NCBI GenBank assembly: GCA_964464405.1
Contig: CAYXFX010000001.1
Coordinates: 3,466 to 67,465, forward strand
Direction: 5' to 3'
Origin: an uncultured Candidatus Saccharibacteria bacterium
GTDB taxonomy: Bacteria; Patescibacteriota; Minisyncoccia; UBA11713; 2-01-FULL-45-33
DNA: 64,000 nucleotides
The position numbers were made by a program, and so were the translations under genes. The stretch's first letter is position 1; every line of letters begins with the position of its first letter. Positions 28,871 to 39,027 of the stretch are shown here, piece after piece. The notes under the pieces are model-generated. The model saw only the letters and a list, made by a program, of their open reading frames with translations, was not told the DNA's origin and made no database searches.

Positions 28871-29886
28871 GTCGCATACTTTTGCGCGTGGATTTCAATA
28901 ATCCGTACGAATACAGGATTAATGCGACATTGCCTACGATCCGCGCTTTGCTGAAAAAGGGCCATTTTGTGACTTTAATTACCCATTTTGAAAAAGACGG
29001 AAAGTATCCGCATCTGGATCAAATTGCGCGGTATTTAAAAAAATATTTTCCATCACTAGTATTCATTAAAGGAGAAATAAAAAAAGCTGATCCCTTAATA
29101 TTTTCTAAACAATCCAAACTTTTTCTTCTCGATAATTTGCGGTTAAGTAAGGGAGAGACGTCTAATGACATTAAATTTGCGCGGATTCTTGCTTCTTGGG
29201 GCGATTTTTATATAAACGAAGCCTTTGCTGTTTCCCATCGCAAACATACATCTCTTGTTGGATTGCCGAAATTACTGCCACATGAAATGGGGCCCCTTTT
29301 TAAAAGCGAAGTACACAATCTTTCCAAATTTTTTAAGCCGCGCCATCCTTTTCTTTTTGTTTTGGGGGGGAAAAAATTTGAAACAAAAGAGCCGTTAATA
29401 AAAAAGTTTTTGCGAAGCGCGGATGCAATTTTTGTCGGAGGAATGACGGGAAACACATTTCTTGCGTATCGGGGGATTGGTGTCGGAAAATCTTTTGTGG
29501 AAAAAGTGAAAATTCCGGAAAATATTTTATGGTCGCCTAAAATATTTTTGCCTGAAGACTGGGAATCTAAAAATGAAATAATATATGATGCGGGTCTTAA
29601 AACGATCAAAAGCCTCAAGGGCCTTGCAGTGAAAGCTAAATTTGTCTTATGGAACGGCACATTCGGATGGGTTGAGGGCGGTTACGAAAAGGGTACTCGC
29701 GATTTCGCGCGCGCTTTAGGGAAGTCAAAAGCTTTTAGGGTTATCGGCGGCGGGGACACGGTAGATGCTATCAGAAGATACAAGCTTGAGAAAAATTTCG
29801 ATTTCATCTCAACAGGCGGTGGCGCAATGCTCGAATTTTTGGCAAAAGGAACACTGCCGGGAATAGAAGCGTTGAAGAAAAAATAA
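28867..29886 (+). CDS. pgk: Phosphoglycerate kinase (compact, 339 aa)
   Basis: RVDFN, NEAFAVSHR, WNG, GGGDT, ISTGGGAMLEFL. Confidence 0.95.
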   Translation: MSRILLRVDFNNPYEYRINATLPTIRALLKKGHFVTLITHFEKDGKYPHLDQIARYLKKYFPSLVFIKGEIKKADPLIFSKQSKLFLLDNLRLSKGETSNDIKFARILASWGDFYINEAFAVSHRKHTSLVGLPKLLPHEMGPLFKSEVHNLSKFFKPRHPFLFVLGGKKFETKEPLIKKFLRSADAIFVGGMTGNTFLAYRGIGVGKSFVEKVKIPENILWSPKIFLPEDWESKNEIIYDAGLKTIKSLKGLAVKAKFVLWNGTFGWVEGGYEKGTRDFARALGKSKAFRVIGGGDTVDAIRRYKLEKNFDFISTGGGAMLEFLAKGTLPGIEALKKK

Positions 29887-29923
29887 TTTTTTATTTTGTA
29901 AATTTTCATGGTACTATCATTTG

Positions 29924-30745
29924 ATGGCATGGTATAAAGATGCGGAAAGTTTTAAAAAATCTTCAGGGCATGAAGTAAACGGGGCTTGGTATCCGAGGGT
30001 TACAAAGATTTTGGAAGTAAAATCAAAGCCGGCGATTGAAATGTTTTTAAAAGAAATGGAAAGCTATAAAGCCGCTGAAGAAGTAAAGAATAAATCAGCA
30101 GAAGAAGGTACTCTCGTCCATGAAATTATCCAGAAGCTTGCTGTAGGAGAAACAGTTGAAGTTCCTAAAGAAATTGAGCCTGCGGCTGTGGCTTTTTTGG
30201 ATTTTCAAACCAAAAATAATATTATCTTTCATCCGGAATTTGTTGAGCGCCCGATTTGGTCTTTTCTTCATAAATATTCTGGAACAATTGATGCTCTTGC
30301 TTCAGTTGGAGGAAAATTTGGCGTTTTAGATATCAAAACTTCAACGGGATTTTTCCCTGAGTATAATTTGCAAACAGCGGCTTATGTTCTTGCTTTGCAA
30401 GAGAATGAAATAAAAAAAGCCGTTAGTCTTCCTCGCGATATCGAAACCCGCTGGATTTTGCGGATCGACCAACAGAAAAACTGTATGAGGTGCGGAGCGT
30501 CGCTACGTGAAAAAGGTGGGAGAAATAAAGTAAGAACCGCTTATCGGAATGGAAACGGCAATGGTGCTAGCGGAGATCATTGCGGTGCGTCTCACGAAGA
30601 TCATTATTGGGGTCCGACCGAGGGTATTGTGGAAATTCGCGAATTTCCGTATTATTTTAAAGATATAAAAGCATTCCTTGCGGCCAAAACCCTTTGGGAA
30701 TGGGAAAATGACTATTGGCTTAAACAAATAGGATATTTTAAATAA
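29924..30745 (+). CDS. PD-(D/E)XK nuclease family protein with Cys/His insert
   Basis: YPRVTKIL, GTLVHE, YSGTIDAL...VLDIKTS, LQTAAY; CMRC...HC...H..H segment. Confidence 0.8.
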   Translation: MAWYKDAESFKKSSGHEVNGAWYPRVTKILEVKSKPAIEMFLKEMESYKAAEEVKNKSAEEGTLVHEIIQKLAVGETVEVPKEIEPAAVAFLDFQTKNNIIFHPEFVERPIWSFLHKYSGTIDALASVGGKFGVLDIKTSTGFFPEYNLQTAAYVLALQENEIKKAVSLPRDIETRWILRIDQQKNCMRCGASLREKGGRNKVRTAYRNGNGNGASGDHCGASHEDHYWGPTEGIVEIREFPYYFKDIKAFLAAKTLWEWENDYWLKQIGYFK

Positions 30746-30765
30746 AGATAGAAGTCAATTTTTTT

Positions 30766-31710
30766 ATGAAATACGATATTTATTTTCATGGAAGTTGTTT
30801 TGATGGGGTGGCGTCTGCGGCGGTGCTCAAATATTTTTTGAATTTGAGAGGAGATGACTTCGCAAATTATATTCCTGTTACGCATCCTGTGGATAAAAAT
30901 AAATGGAGAAGTTTAAAACCAAAAAACTTGATGGCAATAACGGATATTTTTTTTCATCCCAAAGTAAAAATTTATTTTGATCATCACCCGTCAACATTTT
31001 TTTTGTTTCCTGAGTGGAAAAAAAAATTTCAAAAAGACAAGTTTCATGTCTCTAACTCTCAAAGCCCTTCGTGTGCAGGTTTGATTTACCGGAGTTTATA
31101 TAAAAACATTAAGACGCCCGCACATATTAAAGAACTGGTTTACTGGGCTGATTTAACAGATAGAGCGAGTTTTAAAGATGCAAAGGAGGCGATGGGATTA
31201 AAGCCCAAACCCGCAATAAAACTCGCAACTTATATGGATAATGCAAAGTCTCTGTCGATAAATTACCAAAAAAATATAATTAAACTGCTTGCTCAAAAGG
31301 GGTTGAGTTTCATTAGGAAAGATTCAAGAATAAAAAAGGGGTTTTTAAATTATCAAAAACGTTTAAAACAATCTCTTTTAAAAATTAAAAATAACTCAAG
31401 CGTGATTGGAAACACAGTGGTAATTAAAAATTTTAATAGAGAACTTGCAGGTACCCGATTTGCTGGATATCACATTTATCCAAAAACCAACTATTCAATC
31501 CGTTTTTTAAAACGAGACGGCGAATTTATAACGAGCGTTGGCGTTAACCCATGGAATTTACCAAAGAAACATGCGAAGATCGGAAAATTTTTGGAGACAA
31601 ATTTCGGAGGGGGAGGGCATGCTTATGCAGGATCAGCAAGTTTTAAAACAGAAAAAGAAACTTTACGAGGAATAGAAAAAATTGTAAAATATTTAAATAA
31701 AAACAAATAA
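30766..31710 (+). CDS. DHH/DHHA1 phosphoesterase
   Basis: HGSCFDG, FDHH, GGGGHAYAGS. Confidence 0.85.
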   Translation: MKYDIYFHGSCFDGVASAAVLKYFLNLRGDDFANYIPVTHPVDKNKWRSLKPKNLMAITDIFFHPKVKIYFDHHPSTFFLFPEWKKKFQKDKFHVSNSQSPSCAGLIYRSLYKNIKTPAHIKELVYWADLTDRASFKDAKEAMGLKPKPAIKLATYMDNAKSLSINYQKNIIKLLAQKGLSFIRKDSRIKKGFLNYQKRLKQSLLKIKNNSSVIGNTVVIKNFNRELAGTRFAGYHIYPKTNYSIRFLKRDGEFITSVGVNPWNLPKKHAKIGKFLETNFGGGGHAYAGSASFKTEKETLRGIEKIVKYLNKNK

Positions 31711-31711
31711 A

Positions 31712-32152
31712 ATGACCGACGGCAAAATCATTGTTTATACTGATGGCGGGTCGCGCGGAAATCCGGGTCCTGCAGCTTTGGGTGTTTATATTACCGACGA
31801 GAAAGGAAACAAAATTAAAGAATACGGAGAAAAACTTGGTGTAAAAACAAATAATGAAGCTGAATATGCGGCCGTAATTTTCGCATTAAAAAAATTAAAA
31901 GCGATTTTTGGAAAAGAACGCACAAAAAAAATGGAAATCTCCGTTCGCATGGATTCGGAATTTGTTTCGAAACAACTTAACGGGGAGTATAAAATCGAAG
32001 AGGAAAGAATGTTTCCTCTTTTTATCGCTGTATGGAATTTGAAAATGGATTTTGCTAAGGTTACATTTAGCCATGTTCCGAGAGAAAAAAATAAAGATGC
32101 TGACAGGCTCGTGAACGAGGCGCTAGATAATGAACCAAAAAGCCTATTTTAA
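31712..32152 (+). CDS. rnhA: Ribonuclease HI family protein
   Basis: YTDGGSRGNPGPA, TNNEAEY, DSE, HVPREKNKDADRLVN. Confidence 0.92.
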   Translation: MTDGKIIVYTDGGSRGNPGPAALGVYITDEKGNKIKEYGEKLGVKTNNEAEYAAVIFALKKLKAIFGKERTKKMEISVRMDSEFVSKQLNGEYKIEEERMFPLFIAVWNLKMDFAKVTFSHVPREKNKDADRLVNEALDNEPKSLF

Positions 32153-33473
32153 AACACAATTTTTTATTCTAGCATTTCTTGGCGGAGTAATGCTCCGCTC
32201 TTTTTTTAATGTGCCACAGAATTGGGTTCTGGCTGGTTTGGGGCTGGTTGCAGGATTGTTTTTAGTAAAACTATGGACATCCGATGTCCATAGTTTGTTG
32301 AGTGTTTTAATAGCGTTTTTTGTATTATTTCTTCTTGGCATGCTTAGGTTTTCGTTTTTTGAAAATAATATTTCAGGCGACGTGTCGCATAATTTTTATG
32401 AGCAAAAAATAACCGTAAGTGGGAGCGTTATTTCGGAAAAAATAAAAGAAAGCAGCTCGCAATTAATTTTAGAAACAGATCATGGCAGACTTTTAATTAT
32501 AAAAAGAATTTATCCGCCCTATAAATATGGAGATAAAATATCGGTTTCAGGCGTGGTAGAGGAGCCTAAAAATTTTAACGATTTTGATTACAAGAAGTAT
32601 TTAGCAAAAAGCAGAATTTATTCACAAATGTTTTATCCGGAGATTAAAAAAGTTGACGAATTTAACAATATTCTTTCCTCCCTTTTTTCTTTAAAAAACA
32701 AATTTGAACAAAATATCCAAAAGATACTGCCCGAACCGCACGCATCCTTATCAAATGGCATGCTTTTAGGTATCGAGGGTAGAATTGACGACGAAATTTT
32801 GGAACTATTTAAAAAAACAAGCACTATCCATATTTTAGTGCTTTCTGGTTACAACATTACAATTGTCGGGGTATTTGTAATGGGGTTTTTTAATTTCTTT
32901 TTGCCTTCACTATTTGCGTGGATTTTAGCTGTTTTGGGAATTGTTGCATTTACTTTAATGACGGGCGGAGAGCCGGCAGCGACACGCGCGGCAATTATGG
33001 GAATTATAGGGTTGATCGCTCTTCGGACCGGAAGAACTAACAGGGCGTTTCTTGCACTTTTATGGGCGGCGCTTCTCATGGCTATTTGGAATCCGATGCT
33101 GCCGCGTTTCGATCGCGGTTTTCAGCTCTCTTTTATGGCGACTCTGGGCTTGATATTTTTATCTAACTTTTTTAAAAGAAATTTAAAATTTTTACCTAAT
33201 TTTTTTTCCATAAGAGAAAGTGCGGCAAGTACGCTTTCTGCGCAGATTTTTGTTCTGCCCTTTTTGATTTCTTGGGGCAATGAAGTTCTTTGGGTAAGTC
33301 CTGTTGCAAACTTATTTGTTGTCGGAGTTGTTCCCATAATTATGTTTTTTAGTTTTGCAGGCGGCCTTGCCTCCTTTATTTCTGTATCTTTTGGAAAAGT
33401 TATTGCATCTGTGGCCTATGTTTTTATTTCATACCAGATATTCGCTGCAAAAATATTTGCCGGCCTTTTTTAA
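32130..33473 (+). CDS. comEC: ComEC/Rec2 competence membrane protein
   Basis: NFNDFDYKKYL OB domain, HILVLSGYNI, RAAIMG, GFQLSFMAT. Confidence 0.92.
   Translation: MNQKAYFKTQFFILAFLGGVMLRSFFNVPQNWVLAGLGLVAGLFLVKLWTSDVHSLLSVLIAFFVLFLLGMLRFSFFENNISGDVSHNFYEQKITVSGSVISEKIKESSSQLILETDHGRLLIIKRIYPPYKYGDKISVSGVVEEPKNFNDFDYKKYLAKSRIYSQMFYPEIKKVDEFNNILSSLFSLKNKFEQNIQKILPEPHASLSNGMLLGIEGRIDDEILELFKKTSTIHILVLSGYNITIVGVFVMGFFNFFLPSLFAWILAVLGIVAFTLMTGGEPAATRAAIMGIIGLIALRTGRTNRAFLALLWAALLMAIWNPMLPRFDRGFQLSFMATLGLIFLSNFFKRNLKFLPNFFSIRESAASTLSAQIFVLPFLISWGNEVLWVSPVANLFVVGVVPIIMFFSFAGGLASFISVSFGKVIASVAYVFISYQIFAAKIFAGLF
32268..32296. repeat. Perfect 29-bp palindrome inside comEC
   Basis: AAACTATGGACATC-C-GATGTCCATAGTTT, encoding KLWTSDVHSL. 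Confidence 0.85.
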
Positions 33474-33474
33474 A

Positions 33475-34359
33475 ATGCTTAAATTAGTAAAAATACATCA
33501 CAAAAAGATCATCGGGGGAATAACTTTACTTCTTTTTTCTGCAAATTATTTGCTTTGGTCCCAAATTTTTGCAATTTCAAAAAAGCCGGATCTAGAAGTT
33601 TATTTTTTTGATGTCGGACAGGGAGATGCAGAATTAATAAGCACGAAGGATGGGACGCAAATTTTGATAGACGGAGGGCCGTCCAATAAAATTTTGTCAA
33701 ATCTGGGAGCGGTTCTTCCTTATTACGACGATTCGCTCGATTTAATAGTGCTCACGCATCCCCACGCAGATCATGTTTCAGGCTTAATGGAAGTTTTGGA
33801 CCGGTACAAAGTTGCCCAAGTGATTGAAAGCGGGGCTTTATACAGCACCGCGGAAGCTATCCAGTTTGAAAAAATTTTAAAAGAAAAAAATATTAAAAAA
33901 ATAGTAGCTGACCGGCCCCTTAAACTTACTTTTTATAACGGCGCCGAATTTAATATAATTTATCCGGACGAATCGTTTTCAGGGGAGTTTTTAAAGAACG
34001 TCCATGACTCCGCGGTTGTCGGCGAACTTTCATATGAAAATAAAAAAATCCTTTTTATGTCTGATGCGGAAAAAAAGCTTGAAAGAAAACTGGTTGATAG
34101 CGGTAAAATAGACGATGTGGACGTTTTAAAAGTCGGCCATCATGGGTCAAAAACTTCAAGCAATGAATTCTTTTTACGTGTAGTTCGACCTGAATATGCG
34201 ATAATTTCTTCGGGCGCACGCAATCGCTACGGACATCCACACACAGAGGTTCTCTCGCGTTTGGCTTCGGTCGGAGCAACTATTTTACGCACCGATTTAG
34301 ACGGAACGATTAAGGTCGAAATAAAAAACGGAAATTTATCAATAACAAAAACTAAATAA
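33475..34359 (+). CDS. ComEC-type metallo-beta-lactamase-fold nuclease (stand-alone)
   Basis: FDVGQGDA, THPHADH, KVGHHGS, NRYGHP; start moved to ATG 33475. Confidence 0.92.
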   Translation: MLKLVKIHHKKIIGGITLLLFSANYLLWSQIFAISKKPDLEVYFFDVGQGDAELISTKDGTQILIDGGPSNKILSNLGAVLPYYDDSLDLIVLTHPHADHVSGLMEVLDRYKVAQVIESGALYSTAEAIQFEKILKEKNIKKIVADRPLKLTFYNGAEFNIIYPDESFSGEFLKNVHDSAVVGELSYENKKILFMSDAEKKLERKLVDSGKIDDVDVLKVGHHGSKTSSNEFFLRVVRPEYAIISSGARNRYGHPHTEVLSRLASVGATILRTDLDGTIKVEIKNGNLSITKTK

Positions 34360-34386
34360 AAATTCCCGCTTGCAACGCGGGGATTT
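34360..34386. terminator. Likely bidirectional terminator
   Basis: AAATTCCCGC/GCGGGGATTT hairpin between convergent genes. Confidence 0.6.
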
Positions 34387-35125
34387 ATTGTTTATTTACT
34401 TTTTTGCGTTTGTTAGAAATCCAGAAAGAAGTCCGTTGAATCAATGAACCGCAATTCGGGCAATACGAATTATATGCTCGTCTTTGACCATCGGCTCCGT
34501 TTACTTGTTTTTCGGAGCATGAATCCATTTTACAAATTGTAAGGGACCATTTTAAGCACGTTAAAATTTCACCGAGCGATGTGACAACATGATATCCGCA
34601 CGATCCTCCGAAGCCGCCAAGAGTTTTTAGTGGATGTCTCTCTTTTAAAATAAAAGCGGTCGATTTATCTTCAGTGTACATAACTACTTGCATTTGCCTT
34701 AGCAACATTGTCATTGCTTCAGCGTACTTCCCCCATGTTGCTTTTTCTGCATCTATCATTAAAAGTGTGCTTGATCTGTCTAAAAAAAATCTTTCGAGAT
34801 CGCCTTTTTCATTGCTCGAATCTTTTTCAGGAGTGTCCAAACTGATCCCCAATCCGCCAGGATGAACTATTGAGATATGCAGATTTTTTTCCAAGAATGA
34901 AACGACTTGTTCAGCGCGCATAAAATCTTCTAAGCAGCGTAATGAAGCGGCCAAATAAAGATCATAACCCGCCTTTCTTTTTAAATAAAAATCAATTAAA
35001 TCAGAAGCTTCTTGTTTTACTTTTTTCTGCATTTCGTAAGTTGCCCACTGTGGAACTTCTCCTTTAGACAAAAGCGTGTTTGCCAAAAAAGCGGAGTCTG
35101 GTTTTAGTCGTGGGAGCAATTGCAT
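34385..35125 (-). CDS. Hypothetical protein with C-terminal zinc ribbon
   Basis: C-x4-C ... YCPNCG; SD GGAGG. Confidence 0.65.
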   Translation of the reverse strand: MQLLPRLKPDSAFLANTLLSKGEVPQWATYEMQKKVKQEASDLIDFYLKRKAGYDLYLAASLRCLEDFMRAEQVVSFLEKNLHISIVHPGGLGISLDTPEKDSSNEKGDLERFFLDRSSTLLMIDAEKATWGKYAEAMTMLLRQMQVVMYTEDKSTAFILKERHPLKTLGGFGGSCGYHVVTSLGEILTCLKWSLTICKMDSCSEKQVNGADGQRRAYNSYCPNCGSLIQRTSFWISNKRKKVNKQ

Positions 35126-35208
35126 ATTAGTCCTCCATTTCTTCTCCCTTGAATTTAGCAGTGCGGTATGATAATGTCAATTATATTATTTTTTTTAATT
35201 TTTATTTT

Positions 35209-35814
35209 ATGGCACATCCGAAACAAGAACGCACGCTCGTATTAATTAAACCGGACGGCGTGCAAAGAAATTTAATAGGCGAAGTAATTAAGAGATACGA
35301 AAGGACAGGTCTTAAGCTCGTCGGTCTAAAAATGCTTGTACCTACGGCAGAATTAGTTGAAAAACATTATCTTGTGGATCCGGAATGGCGGATAAAAACT
35401 GGCGAAAAAACAATTGAATCGTACCGCAAAAAAGGAAAAACTCCGCCGTCAAATGATCCTTTAAAGGTTACAGAAATTATTTTAAATAATTTAAAAAGAT
35501 ACATGGTTAAGGGTCCGGTCGTTGCAATGGTTTGGCAGGGAATGCACGCGATAGGAGTTGTAAGAAAAATAACGGGCGGAACGGAACCGCTAACATCGGA
35601 CGTGGGCACAATAAGAGGCGACTTTACAATTGATTCGTATGAAGTTTCGGACGTAGACGGGCGCGCAATTAGAAATATAATTCATGCTTCAGGAACGCAG
35701 GAAGATGCCCAAAAAGAAATTGCTTTGTGGTTTTTGGATAAAGAAATAATAAACTATCGGCTTGCAGGCGAAGTAATTTTGTATGATATTAATTTGGACG
35801 GGATACTCGAGTAA
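35209..35814 (+). CDS. ndk: Nucleoside-diphosphate kinase
   Basis: ERTLVLIKPDGVQR, GTIRGDF, NIIHAS; start moved to ATG 35209. Confidence 0.95.
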   Translation: MAHPKQERTLVLIKPDGVQRNLIGEVIKRYERTGLKLVGLKMLVPTAELVEKHYLVDPEWRIKTGEKTIESYRKKGKTPPSNDPLKVTEIILNNLKRYMVKGPVVAMVWQGMHAIGVVRKITGGTEPLTSDVGTIRGDFTIDSYEVSDVDGRAIRNIIHASGTQEDAQKEIALWFLDKEIINYRLAGEVILYDINLDGILE

Positions 35815-35946
35815 TTTTATTTTATCTACAAAAATCTAAATCCTTTCCTTCTGTGGAAAAAAGAGATTGACTTTTTTCTTTAAAAGACTATACTAAAGAA
35901 AGTTTTTTGTTCTTTATGCTAAAAATATTTTTTTGGAGGTGAAATT

Positions 35947-36591
35947 TTGGAATTATTTACAGAAAAAAGAATTTTACTGCCGGTTTTTTCGGAAAGAATT
36001 ATGCTTAAAGCGGAAAAAAGGCGATATCCGCAATTTGCAAAGCCTGTTGAAGCGAGGGTTTTCCAAAGTGGCAGTGAATTTTGCAAAAGGAGAATTGTTC
36101 CGGGCAGGTCTCAGTTCGTAGGAGTTGTTGTTGATATTGACTTGGTGAAAAAAGAGAAAGACTTTTTTTGGTTCAACAAAAAAGCGCGAATTTGTGCGCG
36201 AATCAAAAAAATTTTTTCTCACGCGAAAGAATGCGGCCTTCCCTGTTTTTTGACGAATATTTCTTCGTCTGCCTCCTCGCTCGCTTTTATAATAAAATCT
36301 TTTGCGGAACTAAACGCTCTTAGCTCTTATTTAGATTTTTTTGATGAGTGCGTGGTAAGACGTATTTTAGTACACGGCAAAAACGGTAATGGCTTGCTTA
36401 AACCTAAGGCTAAAATCGATTATCCAAAAATAGATTCATATTCTATTGAATTTTCTTTGGACAATTTTTTAGCCGAGGTTGCACATAAAGACGATCTCCC
36501 AGGCACGATATATGTTGGGTTTGCTTTGCCGGAAGACGTGGACTTGGGAAAGCTAAAAAATCTGGGAAACTATATTTTAATCCTTGCCTAA
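35947..36591 (+). CDS. Hypothetical protein
   Basis: ORF with GGAGGTG SD and TTG start; hairpin+T tract at end. Confidence 0.6.
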   Translation: MELFTEKRILLPVFSERIMLKAEKRRYPQFAKPVEARVFQSGSEFCKRRIVPGRSQFVGVVVDIDLVKKEKDFFWFNKKARICARIKKIFSHAKECGLPCFLTNISSSASSLAFIIKSFAELNALSSYLDFFDECVVRRILVHGKNGNGLLKPKAKIDYPKIDSYSIEFSLDNFLAEVAHKDDLPGTIYVGFALPEDVDLGKLKNLGNYILILA

Positions 36592-36627
36592 TCGGCAGGG
36601 ATTTTTATTTATGCTAAAATAAATTTT

Positions 36628-37974
36628 ATGCTTAAAGTTTCATTTTTTGGCGCCGCACAAGAGGTTACCGGAAGCTGTTTTTTATTGGATGACGGAGAAA
36701 ATAAAATTTTAATTGATTGCGGGCTTTTTCAGTCCCCGCGTTTTAGCAATTTAAAAAATAACGAACCATTTCTTTTTAATTCAAAAGAAATAGATGCGCT
36801 TTTTATTTCTCATGCCCATATTGATCACACAGGAAGAATTCCTAAATTAATGAAAGAAGGATTTCAGGGAAAAATTTACTCAAGCATTCCGACGCGCGCT
36901 TTAGCGGAGCTTATGCTAAGGGATAGCATCGGCGTACTTACGAAAGAGGCGGAAAGAGAGGGCGAAAAAGTTTTATACAGCGACGAAGAAGTTGATAAAG
37001 CGATGCAGGTTTGGGAAGGGAAAGAATACCACGAAAAAATTAAAGTCGGTAATTTTGAAGTTTCTTTTTATAATGCGGGGCATGTAATGGGCTCGGCTAT
37101 GATAGAAATTGCTCACGAAAGTCAAAAATTTCTTTTCACAGGTGATCTTGGAAATGTTAATAATCCGTTGCTTAATGGGTTTGAAAAAATAAACGGAATT
37201 GACTATTTATTTATTGAATCTACTTATGGCGACAGAACCCACGAAGATTTGGAAGAAAAAAAATTGAAACTGGAGCGAGTAATAGAAAGAAGCGTTGTAA
37301 ACGGAGGGGTTTTAATGATTCCGGCATTTTCTCTAGAACGCACGCAGGAGCTGCTTTGGGAAATATCTGATATGTTAAGAAACAAACAAATTCCTAATGT
37401 CCCGCTTTTTTTAGACAGCCCATTAGCAATTAAAGCTACGGAAATTTATCAAAAATATTATAAATATTTAAATAAAGCATATGTGGACCAAAAATCTTTC
37501 TCTTTTTTAAATTTGCCGAATGTACATCCCACGCTTACAACCGAAGAATCTAAAAAAATAAATGATGTGCCCGCTCCTAAAATAATTATTGCGGGCTCCG
37601 GAATGTCTACGGGCGGAAGAATTTTGCATCACGAAAGAAGATACTTGCAGGATCCGAAAAGCACTTTGCTTTTTATCGGATACCAAGCGCCCGGTTCATT
37701 GGGAAGAATAATTCAGGACGGTGCAAGCTCTGCCACGATTTTTGGAGAAGAGGTTCTCATTCGCGCGCATATAGAAAATATCCATGGATACTCCGCGCAT
37801 CCTGACGAAAATACCCTTTTTGAATTTATCCGCGAAAAATCTGATACTTTAAAAAAAGTGTTTACAATTCACGGTGAGCCAAAATCGTCTTTGGCTTTAG
37901 TCCAGAAAGTCCGCGACTATTTGGGGATAGAAGCTTATTCTCCAAAATACAGCGAGAGTGTTACAATAGACTAA
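36628..37974 (+). CDS. MBL-fold beta-CASP ribonuclease
   Basis: GAAQEVTGSC, SHAHIDH, AGHVMGS, ESTYG, YSAH, HGE. Confidence 0.93.
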   Translation: MLKVSFFGAAQEVTGSCFLLDDGENKILIDCGLFQSPRFSNLKNNEPFLFNSKEIDALFISHAHIDHTGRIPKLMKEGFQGKIYSSIPTRALAELMLRDSIGVLTKEAEREGEKVLYSDEEVDKAMQVWEGKEYHEKIKVGNFEVSFYNAGHVMGSAMIEIAHESQKFLFTGDLGNVNNPLLNGFEKINGIDYLFIESTYGDRTHEDLEEKKLKLERVIERSVVNGGVLMIPAFSLERTQELLWEISDMLRNKQIPNVPLFLDSPLAIKATEIYQKYYKYLNKAYVDQKSFSFLNLPNVHPTLTTEESKKINDVPAPKIIIAGSGMSTGGRILHHERRYLQDPKSTLLFIGYQAPGSLGRIIQDGASSATIFGEEVLIRAHIENIHGYSAHPDENTLFEFIREKSDTLKKVFTIHGEPKSSLALVQKVRDYLGIEAYSPKYSESVTID

Positions 37975-38552
37975 TGGACGGGCAGCATATACATCTTAAA
38001 TACAAAATTTGCGTTTCTGGGGCGGCTGAAACAGGCCATTGTGCGCCGGATGCTTTGGATAAAGCCAAAATTTTGGGCGAAGAAATAGTGCGGCAAGGCG
38101 CGGTTTTGGTAAACGGCGCAACAACGGGGTTTCCTTTTTGGGCGGCGATCGGAGCAAAGGAAGCCGGCGGATTTAACATAGGAATTTCTCCTGCAGGTTC
38201 TGAAAAGGAACACATTGAGAAATATCAACTGCCCGTGGACTACATGGATATTATTATTTATACGGGATTCGGTTATGCCGGCAGAAATCTTCTTCTGACG
38301 CGTTCGGCTGATGCGGTCATAGTGGGCTGCGGCCGCTGGGGAACTTTAAACGAATTTACTATTGCGCTTGAAGACGGAAAGCCAATTGGTGTGCTGGACG
38401 GGTCAGGGGGAAGCATCGAAGTTATAAAAGATATTATTGAAAAATCGCGCCGAGGACCAGGAAATATAATTTACGATAGTGATCCCAGAACACTTGTAGG
38501 AAAAATTTTGGAAAAAATTAAAAGCGACAAATTAAAACTGGCACAAGTTTAA
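37974..38552 (+). CDS. LOG/SLOG family protein
   Basis: GATTG, IGISP, TGFGYAGRN, GTLNEF. Confidence 0.85.
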   Translation: MDGQHIHLKYKICVSGAAETGHCAPDALDKAKILGEEIVRQGAVLVNGATTGFPFWAAIGAKEAGGFNIGISPAGSEKEHIEKYQLPVDYMDIIIYTGFGYAGRNLLLTRSADAVIVGCGRWGTLNEFTIALEDGKPIGVLDGSGGSIEVIKDIIEKSRRGPGNIIYDSDPRTLVGKILEKIKSDKLKLAQV

Positions 38553-38553
38553 A

Positions 38554-39027
38554 ATGGAAAATATTTTTCCTAGTTCACAAATAGTAGAAATGATTTTCAA
38601 TATAACGCTTGCCGCTATTTTAGGAATGGTAATAGGATACGAGCGGGAACACAGAAGAAAACCCGCCGGGCTACGCACTTACACGCTTGTTGCACTGGGA
38701 GCTTCTCTTTTTACAATTTTGTCTTCGGCTTCTTTGGTAAACGATCTTGATGTCTCTTCTTTTGATCCTTCGCGCATCGCCTCGCAAGTCGTTGTAGGCA
38801 TTGGCTTTATCGGCGGCGGGCTGATTTTTTTGAAAAATAACAGATTGGAAGGGTTAACTACTGCCGCTGGGCTTTGGGTAACTGCAGCAATAGGCATGGC
38901 TACCGGCTTTGGTTTTAGATACATCGCGATTTACGCGACAATTCTGGTTTTAATTGTGCTTTGGGCAATGAGAAGGATTGAAGATTACATTCATAAAGAA
39001 AAAATAACGGATAATGGCGTTTCTTAA
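38554..39027 (+). CDS. MgtC/SapB family protein
   Basis: IGYERE...AGLRT, DPSRIASQVVVGIGFIGGG, GLTTAA. Confidence 0.93.
   Translation: MENIFPSSQIVEMIFNITLAAILGMVIGYEREHRRKPAGLRTYTLVALGASLFTILSSASLVNDLDVSSFDPSRIASQVVVGIGFIGGGLIFLKNNRLEGLTTAAGLWVTAAIGMATGFGFRYIAIYATILVLIVLWAMRRIEDYIHKEKITDNGVS

Noticed and set aside
29924-30745. Cas4 or prophage exonuclease
   Set aside because: Lacks the Cas4 arrangement of one N-terminal plus three C-terminal cysteines and has no cas or phage neighbours.
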